The notes under the pieces were generated by a model. That model was not told where the DNA came from and did no database searches. It saw nothing but the letters and a program-made list of their open reading frames with translations. Positions 36,506 to 48,443 of a stretch of 64,000 nucleotides of DNA are shown here, piece by piece. The stretch spans positions 2,390,244-2,454,243 of the forward strand of contig MU058252.1 in assembly GCA_013265495.1 (NCBI GenBank), written 5' to 3'. Source of the DNA: Vicugna vicugna (Eukaryota). Both the position numbers and the translations under genes were made by a program. Position 1 is the first letter of the stretch. Each line of letters starts with the position of its first letter.

Positions 36506-38461
36506 TAAATGTGTCGGATGTCACTTCAAAGGTGAAGCACCCAGTCTTCTCTCAGTAGACAGTCCTGTTATCTGCCGGGGCGTAGATAGAGCGTCCTTGA
36601 ATATATTCAGGCAAAAACCTGGGGGAGCCACAGAGTGAGAAAGGAGAAAGGGACCAAAGATGCTCTTCTTCTCCTTAAGGCGTATCAGCTCCTTCAAATG
36701 GCATATCATTAAAGACTCAAAGATGGGGGCTTTGTAGATTCAGATTGGAAGAAGTTTGTGGAGGAAGTATCAAGATGAAAATGTGAAATACATTGTTGGC
36801 AAAGCAACATTACCACACCCACGTGGTACATATGTAACAGTTGCCAAGGACTAGCTCATGCTTTAAAATCCAGGCCTTAATACCAGCAACTCCAGTTAAT
36901 CATTGTAACTGTGAAAACCTAATCACAGGCATTTCCTGACGTTTTGAATTTGCAAGTGTAATGTCATTTGTTTCTATGTAGGAAAACAGTTGCAGAGTTT
37001 AGAAGGATGTACATTTTACTTTTAGATTTTATATGGCGTATTTATCAATTTGCTTGATTTTGAAAAGACAATATAAAACATTAGCACCAAATGTATACAA
37101 ATGTTGTATTTATGTCAATGTGGCTAAATCAGACAGTTTCCCTGCCCCCTTCCCCACAGCCTGTTCATAGTTAAATCCAGACAATAACTTTTTATCCAGA
37201 GGATAAAAAGCCATCTCCAAGGAACAGAGCCCTGAAACTCTGGATCACAGTGATTTGCAATTTGCAGGTAATCGGATTTGCCTGGAGTAAGATGACTTTC
37301 AGTCTAACTACAAAACAAGTTTGCTTTTAAACAAACCTGGAGCCATGTGCAAAGTAAGACCAGAGTAGACCCTCTCTCATTTGATAAATGACGAAACAGA
37401 ATCCAGAGAATCTCTTTTTTTTTTTTTTGAGTAGGAATTTTGAAAACAAGATACTTTTTTAAAGTAGCATCTATTTTTAGAGCATTTGTAAGCCGATTTT
37501 TACACGTAACTGAATTCTCCTAATCACACATCACTGTTTTGTTTTGCCAGTGGTCTGACACAGAGAACCAGCATTGGTTAATAGCTCCTCATTATTTGAA
37601 AATGAGGAGAAAATAAATCATAAGCTTCTCTAAGTGGTTCCTAACATGTCCAACATAGCCTCCATTTCTGGTGGTTACGTAGGGAGAAAAGAGGCCTCAG
37701 AATAGCAAAAACTCGCACTAGGGGAGCTCCCCACGGTGTTTGCAGGGACCCAGAAATGGAGGCTGAAAAACTGACGAGGAGGTAAGAATTGGCTGGAGAA
37801 AGTGAAGCATTGCCTTGGACAAAAATAGAGCTGAACTCTGCTTATTACAGTCAGCAGCATCTCACTGCATATTTATGTCCCCTCAGTATTTGAAGAGCCC
37901 CGGATAATCACAGATACCCTGCACTTTGCAGAATCCACACAGCCCCGGCTGATTCATCCCATCTGGAACGTGTGACGTGCTGTTTATCACTACTCTAGTC
38001 ATATTCCACTCTGCCCAGCATAATAAATATCAAGCAAGTGCTGTGTCCTTATATAATTTGGAGGATTGATCGGCTGACTTAAAAGCTTGATTCCCTAACA
38101 AAAGAAAATGGAGTGCTTTGTGCAAAGGTTAAATGCACAGTTTAATTGGCAATTGTACATTAGAAACCTATTGTAAAACGATTACGGTTTGAGGGGACAG
38201 TCCAGACAGCACAGTCAGGGAAATAAGTTTTCGTTTTTGGCCATTAAAACATCAGGTTCTGGAACTGAAGTGAAAAAAAAATAAATGGGACAGCCTCAGT
38301 CTGGATAACTGCCTCACCAGAATGTCATTTTCTTCCTCCTCCACTCTGCCTCCTGACTCACAATTTAGAACATGTTCAGTATGCAGATTGTAAAGGTTCT
38401 TTCTTTGCCTAAATAATTTATTCAAGTCTAGCAAATTTTTAATTTCAGAGAAAAACACACA

Positions 38462-38510
<49 letters not shown>
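38462..38510. repeat. Compound (TC)n(CA)n microsatellite
   Basis: About 10 TC units followed by 15 CA units, read directly. Confidence 0.97.
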
Positions 38511-38513
<3 letters not shown>

Positions 38514-38709
38514 TTGGTTATGTTGGGTATCTACCATGTAACTTGAAGGAAATTTGGAAATCTAGAAGAGTCCTCTGAAACTAATTTGGAGTAAGAGTAT
38601 TTTACAGCAGTGATTTCCCAAAAATATTAAAAGAATGCTTAGCTGGAAGTTAAGTCTGTCACAGCCCCTCCAATGGACAGAGGGTGAAGTGCCCTGCCCG
38701 TGCTCCAGT

Positions 38710-39162
38710 TGAGACAGCAGGGAAGGGGTAAAAGAATGACACAGCCATTGAGGGTAGGTTAACTGTTTAGAACCAACTAAGTCCAAGATGGCAGCAGATT
38801 CAACTTCCAGTGGACTTTGAGCCTCGTTCTAGGCTCATGGCCGTACATTAGCTGCTGAATGACACACCCACAGGCGCCATGAAGGCTCCCACACTGACCA
38901 TCAAAGGCCTAAAGTGGGTGCAGCTTGGGTCCTGGGAATCCCTCCCCCTCCCCCCAAACACTTGGGATAATGCTTTTACTTGCTAGCGGCTAAAACTACC
39001 CAGCGCATAGAAACCAGCCACCCTACACCCTGGGGCCACCTCCCTCGCCCTCTGAGATGACCCGCACTCTGTCTGTGGAGTGTGCATCTCCCGGAAGAAA
39101 CCTAGCTTCACTCTGCTCTGGCTCACTCTTCACTTGAGACCAAAACCTGTTCTCCAGCAACA
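38710..39162 (+). mobile_element. ERV1 MER41-like solo LTR with 4-bp TSD
   Basis: tgagacag...cagcaaca termini flanked by cagt at 38706-38709 and 39163-39166; internal ccaagatggc and tgacacacccacaggcgccatga motifs typical of MER41-like LTRs. Confidence 0.8.
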
Positions 39163-40374
39163 CAGTGAGGACGTGCATGGTGAGCTCCGGGCGGTGGGTG
39201 GGAGTCACAGAGAAATCTGGCTCCCAAAGAGCTCCGTCAGGTTTCAGCGGCGCACCGCCAGGGCACCGCCCACTGGAGTGTTTACCCTCCTTACCTTTCC
39301 GTCAGGCACCTGTCTTTACAGAAGGCTGCCCAAGGGCCTAAGACACTTCTCATCTGCGGGCGTCAGCCTCAGGGGGTGTGTCTTTCTGAGGCTTTCCTTT
39401 CTGCCTCTGACCATCACCGGCCAGTTACAGAAGGAGTAGTGGTGCCTGGTGGGACATTCAGATCCCCCAGTAATTCCCAGGTATTGTGAGCACATGCAAG
39501 TTGAAACCAAAAAACCCTTCTCCAGATCTGATTGAAAAGGATCCAGGGGTCCAAACTGTACCGAGTTTTCTATTCACGTGAAACAGTGTTATAAACATAG
39601 AGCAGCCACCTGGCTTATGACCATTGCTTCTAACTGTGAGTTCAGAAAGGGCCCTTTGCCTCTTGTCTGCCGTGCAGGCCCGCTCAGGACTCCGCACTGT
39701 GCCCCAGGCGTCATCGTGATGGCGCTGGGATGGGGACGTTCAGATTGGACTTCTCACTTCTTTCTTGTCAGAGGGAGGAGCTGGACAGTCAGACGGCAGG
39801 ACCTTTGGCCGTTGACTGACAGTGTTAAAAGGATGTGCGTTTCGACCTCAGGGCACAGACCTCTGATGCAGCCAGACTCCAGGAGGCTGGGGAGCACTGC
39901 CCGGGAAACCGCCACGGCTTCAGGCTTGAGCTCTGGTTTAACTGAGAAAACCTCACAGCAAGGAACCAGATGATGGTGAAGAGGAATTGAAGAGATCGAT
40001 AATCACATTCAATTAGCTCTCTCTTTCCCTGTAAACTTCCATCTCCCCAGTTGGTGTAACAGAGGCCATCATACCACGGCAACAGACTTGGAGGCTCTAT
40101 GACAACGAACACCTCGTTGGTCCGCCTGGTGCTCGGCTGCTCAGAAGTCTGTCCTCCCTTCAGTCTTGCATGTCTGCACTGTCATCAGGACGGAGCCTGC
40201 AGGGGACTGCAGGGGACATTGCGTCCGGGGTCTTCTCTGAGCAAATCCACCTGCTGGTGGCCTGCTGTGGTGCCTGAAGGCCTGTAGCCCTCACCACGCT
40301 GGTGAGCAACCTGAGCCCTGGGCGAGGCTGCAGAGCTGTCTTCTGATTTTACTTATTCTTTCGAATTGTATTTC

Positions 40375-40436
40375 TTTTTTTATTATTATTATTGAAGCAT
40401 AGTGGATTTATGTGTTGCGTTAATTTCTGCTGTACT
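40375..40436 (-). mobile_element. L1 3' stub
   Basis: (tta)n then ttgaagcatagtggattta..tgttgcgttaatttctgctgtac. Confidence 0.7.
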
Positions 40437-40771
40437 GGCTTTACCTCTTAGTCGCCCAGTGAGTGATTTAGAGGAAAATGTAAAATGACCATGATGGTAC
40501 CCACCTGTGCAGCGTGGGGAGGACGGCAGGAGTTCAATGCCCGCAAAGAGCGCCGAGTAGCGGCTAGCATGTTCCAAGCACACAGTGAAATCAGTTACTT
40601 CTATGACGTGACCTCAGTGCCGTCTGACATCGGGAAGACTCGGAAAAACAAAAACATAACAACAAAAAAAACCAGCTCACAGGAGCTAGTTACTTATGCT
40701 TCCTTCAGACACCTGGACTGTGGGTGTGGGGAGAGGCATTTTGGGAGAAGGGGTAAGAGAGGCCTGAAGGC

Positions 40772-41180
40772 TGTCGACAACAACAACAAAAATCAGGTGA
40801 TCTAGGAAAGAAATGGAAAGTTTTTACTCGAGCCAAACTTGAGGATGATAACCAGAGGAAGAGCACCTCAGAAACCTCTGGAGCCGTTCTGCCTGTTAGA
40901 AGTCAAGGCACAGCTTTATAGGGATTTGAGCCAGAGGGCCGGACATCCAATGACGTGTCACGGACAGTTCACGTCACCCGGATCTAAGTGTCATCCTGGG
41001 GCGCCGTGTGACCCCTTGCAAGGTCAAGGAAGGATGGTGTCTTTTAAGGAGCTGTCTTGTTGATGCTTAGACAGTGTTGCTCTTTGTGGTGGAGCAGGTG
41101 CTCCTGCCGGTGGGGGAGGCTTGGTCGATGCAGGACGCAGGTACACAGTGCCCAGTGTGGGGAGAGAGGAGGCAGAAGGG
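40772..41180 (-). mobile_element. ERV1-like LTR, one end truncated or diverged
   Basis: Starts tgtcgac; aaagaaatggaaagttttta..gagccaaa..tgagga..ataacc; TATAAA on minus near 40915; resembles a recalled cetartiodactyl LTR. Confidence 0.65.
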
Positions 41181-41826
41181 CCCCCCAGCGCCTAGAAAGA
41201 GCAGGACTGGCGGTGAGGGAGGAGGGGGCCGTTGCTGACGTGTGGAAGAGGGGCCATAAGGCTTAGGTGCCTCAGCTCTAACCTCAAACACTCCATGAGG
41301 GGGATCCTAATACGCTCCCTTGACAGGTAAAGAATCAGGCCGAGAGTGTGTCACTGCCTGACAGTGATGGCTCTGGGATCTGAACCAGGGTACTGCCCAA
41401 GCCTGGATTCACTCACATTTCCACTGAGTCCCCCCGAGGGGCAGTGGGGGCGCAGAACCCTGGGCCCCCCGGACGCTCCAGCTAGTGCCTCTTCTGGGAA
41501 CCCAGGTTGTCCCAGGGAAGCAGGTCCCAGGGAAGCCAGCTCCCCTCTCCTGGTGCGGAACCAGCATTAGTCTCACTGGGAGGGGCAGTCGGCACGTGCG
41601 GAGGTGGCCGGGGTGGGATGGCGGGGGAGCAGGTGTGTGAAGAGAAAGGCTGCCCCCCGGCTTTCCCGCCTGAGTCAGGGAAGCATCGGACTTCTGATGG
41701 GAGGGTCCTCACAGCCACCTCTGAGCCTCTCTTCTGACCCCTGCTTGGGAGGTGAGGACAGGGAAGGGTCACCCCTGGTGGAGTTTGTTCAGTTCCAGGG
41801 TCAGCCAGAGTGAAAACCCAGGTCTT

Positions 41827-41951
41827 GGGGAAAAGGGGTGGGAAGAGAGGGGCTGGGAGTTTGAGATTTGCAGATGCACACAGATATGTAAAACAATAAA
41901 CAGCAGCTTTCTTCTGTATAGCACAGGGGACTTTATTCAGTACCTTGTAAT
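41827..41951 (+). mobile_element. L1 3'UTR fragment lacking its own 3' end
   Basis: ggggtgggaag...gggagtttgagatttgcagat...tttcttctgtatagcacagggga. Confidence 0.85.
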
Positions 41952-41957
41952 GTTTAC

Positions 41958-42470
41958 ATGACTGGATGAAGAAGCTGTGGTATATTGATACACTGGAATA
42001 CTACTCGGCCATAAAAAATAAAATAATGCCATTTGCAGCAACATGGATGGACCTGGAGATTGTCATTCTAAGTGAAGTAAGCCAGATAAATACCATATGG
42101 TATCACTTATATGAGGAATCTAAAAAAAACACACAAAGGAACTTATTTTTTGCAAAGCAGGAACAGACTCACAGACACAGAGAACAAACCTGTGGTTACC
42201 ACAAGGAGGTGGGAAGGTATAAACCTGGAGTCCAAGATTGGCAGATCCTAACTACTAGATATAAAATAGATACACAAGGTCCTACTGTACAGCACAGGGA
42301 ACTCTGTTCAGTACCTTGCAGTGACCTGTAATGAAAAATGTGGAGATGAATGTGTGTATGTGTGTGTGACCAAAGTGTGATGCTGTGCACCAGAAACGGA
42401 CACAACATTGTGAACTGACTATACTTCAGTATAAGGGAAAAAATGTAAAAACAAAAGCAAACAAACAAAA
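41958..42470 (+). mobile_element. 5'-truncated L1 (ORF2 C-terminus, 3'UTR, A-rich tail)
   Basis: ORF 41966 reads KKLWYIDTLEYYSAIKNKIMPFAATWMDLEIVILSEVSQ, the L1 ORF2 C-terminus. Confidence 0.95.
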
Positions 42471-43261
42471 GGCCCGCTGTGAGCTGTGCGGCTTTTGCTG
42501 ACCTCTTCCCCCGCGGGGAGGAAAAGCAGGTGCATGGTCTCCTTTCAGGCTCTCAGCTGGATCGTCCCAGGGCCCGACTTTGTCCTCTCCCGCCTCCGGA
42601 AGCAGGAGGGCTTGGTGGCTGTCACCTTTATCCGAGGGCCTGGGACTCTCTGTGATGACCATGGTCACCAAGGCCCTTCCAAAGCTGTAGCTGCCCTCCA
42701 TCTCCTCTGTGTTCTGAAACCTTCCTCAGGCGCCGCTCTGGGGGCCGAGGCGGCCTTGTACGAGGCCCCCCATCTATGAACTTGCGTGGGGTTAACGGGA
42801 AGGAGCAGTATTTGTGGAGCCCCTCCCGGGGGCTCCGCACAGCACTCTGCCCAGGTGGGGAGGTCCTTCTTCATCTTACACGTGGAGAAGCAGGTGCAGA
42901 CAGTCACGTGGCCTGCACGTGGCGGGCCTCCTAGGCTCCAACTGCCACTAATCCTTTTCTTCACGGAGAGAACTTCAATTTAAGAAAACTTTAATGAGAC
43001 TTGCATTCCCACAGACACGTATTTCAGAGGACACTGGTTTCCAATTTCAGGACAGTTTCCCCAGGCTTTTCATTTATATTTTGTAATATTAGTTTGTAAG
43101 ACTTCGGAAGAAATGCCGAGGGCAGTCCCAGCACCACTGCAGCATCCCCAAGAAAGCCATAACATCTAACTCGTGGGGATGCTGGGGCGCAGCTGCGGTC
43201 TCAAGCCCGGGGCGTCAGTCACCCAGCAGGTGTTTCTCGAGCACCTACAGTGTGAAGAGGT

Positions 43262-43520
43262 GTTCGATTCATTCATTCACTGGGAGGATTATTTGTCGAG
43301 GACGTGCCCTGTGCCATCCTGAGTCATCACATAGGATAAAATCCTGGTCCTTGGAAATCACAGCCAACTGGGAGAAGGCCTGTGAGAGTGGCCGTCACGT
43401 GCAAGGGCGGGTGCAGAGATGGGGGAGGAGGGAAGGTGCGCAGAGCACGAGGGGAGGGGTGCTCCCGTGGGCCCTTGGTGGGGCGCCAGAGGACGTCCTC
43501 CAGGAGGGCTCCCTGAGCCA
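43262..43520 (-). mobile_element. L2 3' end relic
   Basis: attcattcattcact...atttgtcgagg..gtgccctgtgcca...atcctggtccttggaaatcacag. Confidence 0.5.
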
Positions 43521-45144
43521 GCTTCCCAGGGACACACCAGCCCCGGGACACGAAGGAGATTTGAGAAGCCATTCTACAAACATGCAGAGTGAACAGAGGG
43601 ACTGGAGCGTGTCACCTTGGAAGGCAAGCTAGCCTCCTTCCTTAGAAGGAGTCCCACAACTCTCCAGGAGGGGGTCCTCCCTCACAGGTGAGGGGCTGGA
43701 CCACTCTCTGACCATCACAGTGTGGCTCCAGGCACAGAGCTTTGCTTCCTCCGGGCTCCCATCTGAAGCTGCATATTATTTTGCAACCCAGACCAGCAGG
43801 TGTGAGAGAGACCCAATTCTCTCTCTGTTAGAGGCAGAGAATCCAATTCTCATATTCCAGAGTGACCAAGTGGAAATGGTTCAACATGCAGATAAACTTA
43901 CGTCACAGACTCGCCGTAGGTGTGTCAGGTCATGATGGCTGCAGAGTGTTGCTTCTCTGCCCTGGACCCAAGGCGGGTGTTTCCCTGTCCACGCTCATCC
44001 TTTCATTTTCTACCACCGCAGTGAGTGATCAGCGAGGCATTTCTGCAGGAAGCGGCGAGCCAAGCGCACTGGGGATTTGAGAGAACCCAGCAACTCCGCC
44101 CCCCCCGTCCCGGGCAGTGTGCAGGCAAGCTCCCCACACGCAGCGCGGAAAGGGACCCTCACGGTCTGGCTGCCAGAGTACACACGCCCCATGCCACATG
44201 CCTGAGGTCAGGACCCCTTTCCCACTCGTGAGATGCTCCTATCTCTCCATCAGGACTGAGAGCAGAGGGGAATAAGGACACTGCCACCAGCCTCCAGTCA
44301 CAGGGACAGCTGCCAAGACTTCACGAAGGCCGGCTGTGGCTCTCCGGCTGCCCTGCCCAGCAGAAGCCGGGTGTTCTGTGAGTCTGCCTCGCTGTGTGTT
44401 CCGTGTGGCCCTGTCAGAAGTTAGGAACGGAACATCTCCGCCTGGCTGATACCCGTGCCTCCCCACTAGTCCCATGAACCTGTGAAGGTCACTGGTGTGG
44501 CTGCCGGCGCCCCTTCAGGCCCTCTGAGGACGCTGATGCTGTCAGTGCTGGACGAGGCCATGAGCACGGGCCGGGGGGGGAGGCCCTTGGGAAAAGCAGA
44601 GAGACAGACAGAGGCCTCAGCTTCCCAGCGAGCGGGCTGCATTTCCGGGCGGAAGTGGACCTTCCCCCTCGCAGGTCGAATACCGGGAGTGGGCACTGTG
44701 GCGGATGGTCGTGAGGGTGGCTGACACCCTCATTTTCCTGGAGCTGAATTGTGCCTCAAAGTGGCAGTTAGTGGCACACTGAAGCCCCCAAGCACAGGCT
44801 ACGGCAAACACTCAAAGCTTTGCGGGCACGGGCAGCTAATGAGGAACCAAGTCTCTATTTATTTGAAACGGTGTCACGGCCCCCGGAAGCTATCGGCACA
44901 CTTAACACATTTCAAATATGTGTTTAGGTTCTAAATGACAGGGATTTCAAGAGCAAAGGCTTTCGGAAAACTTCCAGCACCCAATTTATCCAGCAAAGCA
45001 TTAAGCCAGCATCTATTTTACATCAGACTGTTTGAAATGGAGATTTGAGAAATGTGCTCTCGGCGCAGGGCCCCCGAGAAGGACTTCACCTGCTCGCTGA
45101 GTCTCACGATCTCTGAGGCCTCTTCTGTAGAGTATTAACCCGCC

Positions 45145-45225
45145 CCCACGCGGTGCCTGGGACGTCGGGGCACTCAGCAGGCATGTGAATGGGAAATAAT
45201 GAGTAATGGAATGAATGAATGGCCA
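45145..45225 (+). mobile_element. L2 3' end relic
   Basis: cacgcggtgcctggg...ggcactcag...gaatgaatgaatg. Confidence 0.55.
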
Positions 45226-45654
45226 CTTGAGTGCTTGAATGCGCAGAGGAAAGAGGGCAGGCTTTTGAGTCGGATTCTTGGGTGCCACGTCTTCCTCCGA
45301 CTTCGCTAGCAAATTCCCTACAGGCTGAGCCTGTCTCCTTGTCTGGGAGCTGGGGCGACGCCTGTACCTCGCGGTGCTGTTGAAGGCTCCAGGGAGCTAT
45401 TTCCGGGTATACAGAGCAGGTCAGTCAACGTTAGCCCCAGCGGTGGCCTTGACATTTGAAGGGGGCCGAGGAGACGTGGGTGATTTCGGGGAGACCCGCA
45501 GAAATGAGAGCGTGTGGTGCATGGACGCGCCTCGAGGTGAAAGGAAACAAGAAGTGGTAGCTGGAACCCCTTTCCTGAAGCCAGTCGAGGCCTGTCTCCC
45601 CTAGGAGGCTGTCAGGGCTGGAGGGCAGGGGCCCTGCCTGCTTCGCCATCAGCC

Positions 45655-45805
45655 TTGGTCCTCACAGGTGAGGTCTGTGGACCAGCGTCTCAGCGCCGCC
45701 CGAGAGCCTTCTAGAAGCGAGCAGCGCGGCCCGAGCCCGGGCAGGCTGAGCGGGAATCTGCGCTTAACGAGACCCCAGGTGACTCACATGCACTTAGAAA
45801 GGGGC
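45655..45805. mobile_element. MER5A-like hAT MITE, GC-drifted
   Basis: ggtctgtggaccagc...gaatctgcgcttaacgagaccccaggtgactcacatgcac. Confidence 0.6.
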
Positions 45806-46007
45806 CGCCGGCCGGTGCTCCGGGACGGATTCCGCCTCTGCAGCTGAGGGATGCGGGGGCCGGGCACCTGCGGAAGTTTTCCTGCCTATTAGACTGAATT
45901 GCTCAACCTGCCAGTAAAATAGCGGGACCGATGCATCTCCTACTCGTGTCCCTGCTGTCCCGGGTCCTGGAGACGATGCGTTTTCTGGGTCCCTTTGTTC
46001 CTCCTCC

Positions 46008-46545
46008 TGCTACCAAACTCCAGTCCAGCTGCTTGCCGCTCAGAAAATCAATACTCAAGAGAGGCAACTGTTGGCAGAAAGGAAAGTTGCTTTTAATCAA
46101 AATGCCACCAATCTGGGGAGAAGGAGGACTCGTGTCCCCAGAAATCAACTCCGAAGATTCTGCTCGGCCATGAAAGTTTTAAAGGGAACAGGGAGGGTCA
46201 CCTCAGTTAATCCTTCAGATGGGGTCAGCGTGTGGCCACCCCCACTGTATGCGGGCTTGTCGGCGTCTCGTGATCGTTTCTTTGCATCCTGTCTTGTTCA
46301 CATGGTTTGTTCGCAAGGTTACTGAAGGATTACACTGCGGAAGCAATCTGGTCATCTGTCACTTACTCTTCGTTCCTACCTCTTTGATGTATGGAAAGAA
46401 CCGACAGGTTAGGCAAGGTAGTGTGTGATCACAGATCTGAAGGGTGTGCTTGGATAGGGGACGTGCGTGGGGGCACCTGGTTTAAGGTTAGTGATGAGAC
46501 TGAACCGTCCTGTGGAGGCCCCTCCCCTGCCCGACGCTGCTTACC
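46008..46545 (-). mobile_element. ERV1-like solo LTR
   Basis: tgctaccaaactc...tcaatactcaagagaggc..tgttgg..gaaaggaaagttgcttttaatca (ATTAAA on minus); right terminus and TSD not clean. Confidence 0.7.
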
Positions 46546-48418
46546 CCCTTCTGGAAATGACCGCAGTGTTGCGGTCCTGTAAGGACACGCCCACTGGCAG
46601 CCCGTTCATCTCCGAGCATCTGGTCAGCAGAACGTGACGTTACTTGGCCCCAGGGGTGCAGCTAATTGCGTGAGGAGGGGCACGGAAATGTGGAAGCTCT
46701 GGGGCGTAAGGGAGAGGGCGAGCCCGCAGGACTCCTTCCCCACACATGCCACCCGACCCTCTCTGCCCACAGCTCTTGGCAGCCGCACGTCCTCCTGTAG
46801 AGTTCCCCCAAACCCCTTTCCAGAAAAGCAATGGATGGTGACGCTTCTACGAGAAAGTGGAGGAGTCAAGCTTGTTGCATGTGAAGGTCATGAGACTGGG
46901 TTTGGGAAGGTCTGAGGTATTCAGAAGGGCCAGTTTCCAAGGACAAAGGTCACGCACAGGACAAAGGACAAAGGGAAGGGGCTGCAGACGCACCTGGCTT
47001 TGGGGAGGGTTGAAGGGGAGAAGGTGTGTCAACGCCCAGAGATTCTTACAAATCCATTTTCATCCAGAGGAGAGAGGAAGGGTTTGTGGTGACCTTTCTA
47101 AGAAGGTAGGTGCTTTTCCAGAACAGCTGGGAGTGGTTTCTTCTCTTATGACCAGTGAAGCAGCACCAGGCCCCCACGGGCGCGGCTCCCGGAGCGAGAC
47201 GTGTCCGCGTTCTCGTGAAGCTGCCCTCGGGCCGCGCTGTCCTGTCCCTGGCAGCGTGGCTGGGACGACATTTCAGCGCAGGTCACGTTTTTGTGGGACT
47301 GTCCTTTTCGGCACGTGATAGGCGTCACCCGTGTTAAGGCTTCGCACTGCAGCTCAGCTCAGTCTGACTTAGCTGTTTAACCACGGAAGCGAAGCCCTGT
47401 TAGGAAGGGAGACAGGACAGAGGCCCGAGGAGGCATCTGCGCGCAGAGGAGCCCCGCACGGCGCCAGTCCGGGTCCCGTGTTTGGCAGGTCGTCTTCCCA
47501 CAAACGGGAATAAAAACGCTCATCTGGTAAAGATGTAACCCCAGCCCCGCCGTAAGGCAAGTGAATTAAAACAAGCTCTCAAACTGCCTTTTGGTAAAAA
47601 CTCCAGCTTTTTTATTTTCCCTCTTGGCCAAAGCACAATGTAAACAGCTAGAGGAGGGTGCGGTGGTCCCCAGGCCTACCAGGTGGCTGGGGGTGAGTGC
47701 CTGTTCCCATCGGCCTGTCTCCCCAGTTACTTCATCCAGCAAACACTTCGTCAGCACCCTTAGGTGAGACTGGTCCTGGGAGCTCCCGCATGTCCCGGAC
47801 TTTCAAGGGGCCTAGGTTCCCACCTGGTCCCTCCCGTCCTCGGACCAGGTGTCGGTGAAACCCTGCATCGTCTCCCGCCCAGGAGAGACGCTAAGAAGCA
47901 CCGATGTGACCACAGAGGAAGGGGAAGGGGCGGGGCACAGGCCGCCCACAGGCTGTCCGCTGGGAAGCCCGGCTCGGAGCTGGGGGCTGGCGAACCGCAG
48001 ACCCTGGGCTGCAAGGGCGTCTGGAGAGGCCGGGCGGGAGGGGGCCGGTTGCGCTTCATTACACGTTCACGCCCTGCTGCAGCTTCCTGGGTGCTACAGT
48101 TGATTTCTCTGAGCGCTCGGAATGTAATTTATAGGAAAAAAGCAGAAACAGCAAAATAAGTCAAGGCATGAGGAAGCCCTTCACATTTAAAATCCATCTG
48201 GCGTTGGTTTTTCCTGCTGTATCAACAGAAAACTACCCTGGGCCGCACGGAGATGGAGTTACACTTCTGCTGCCTTTGGGTGGAAGGCCCGCTGGTTCCC
48301 CGGCAGGCCAGCCACTTGCTCTTATCAAAGGGAGCAGGAGAGATGCAGGTGAGTTAGGGAACTGGGGCCCCTAGGTGATCCCTTTATCATGGGGCCCTAG
48401 TCCCCTAACTCACACCCT

Positions 48419-48443
48419 CCCCCCCCCCCCCCCCCCCCCCCCC
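48419..48443. repeat. Poly-C/poly-G homopolymer, 25 nt
   Basis: Read directly. Confidence 0.95.

Noticed and set aside
38929..38938. STAT1 GAS site in the MER41-like LTR
   Set aside because: Reads TCCTGGGAA, one mismatch from TTCNNNGAA; an interferon-inducible role cannot be claimed
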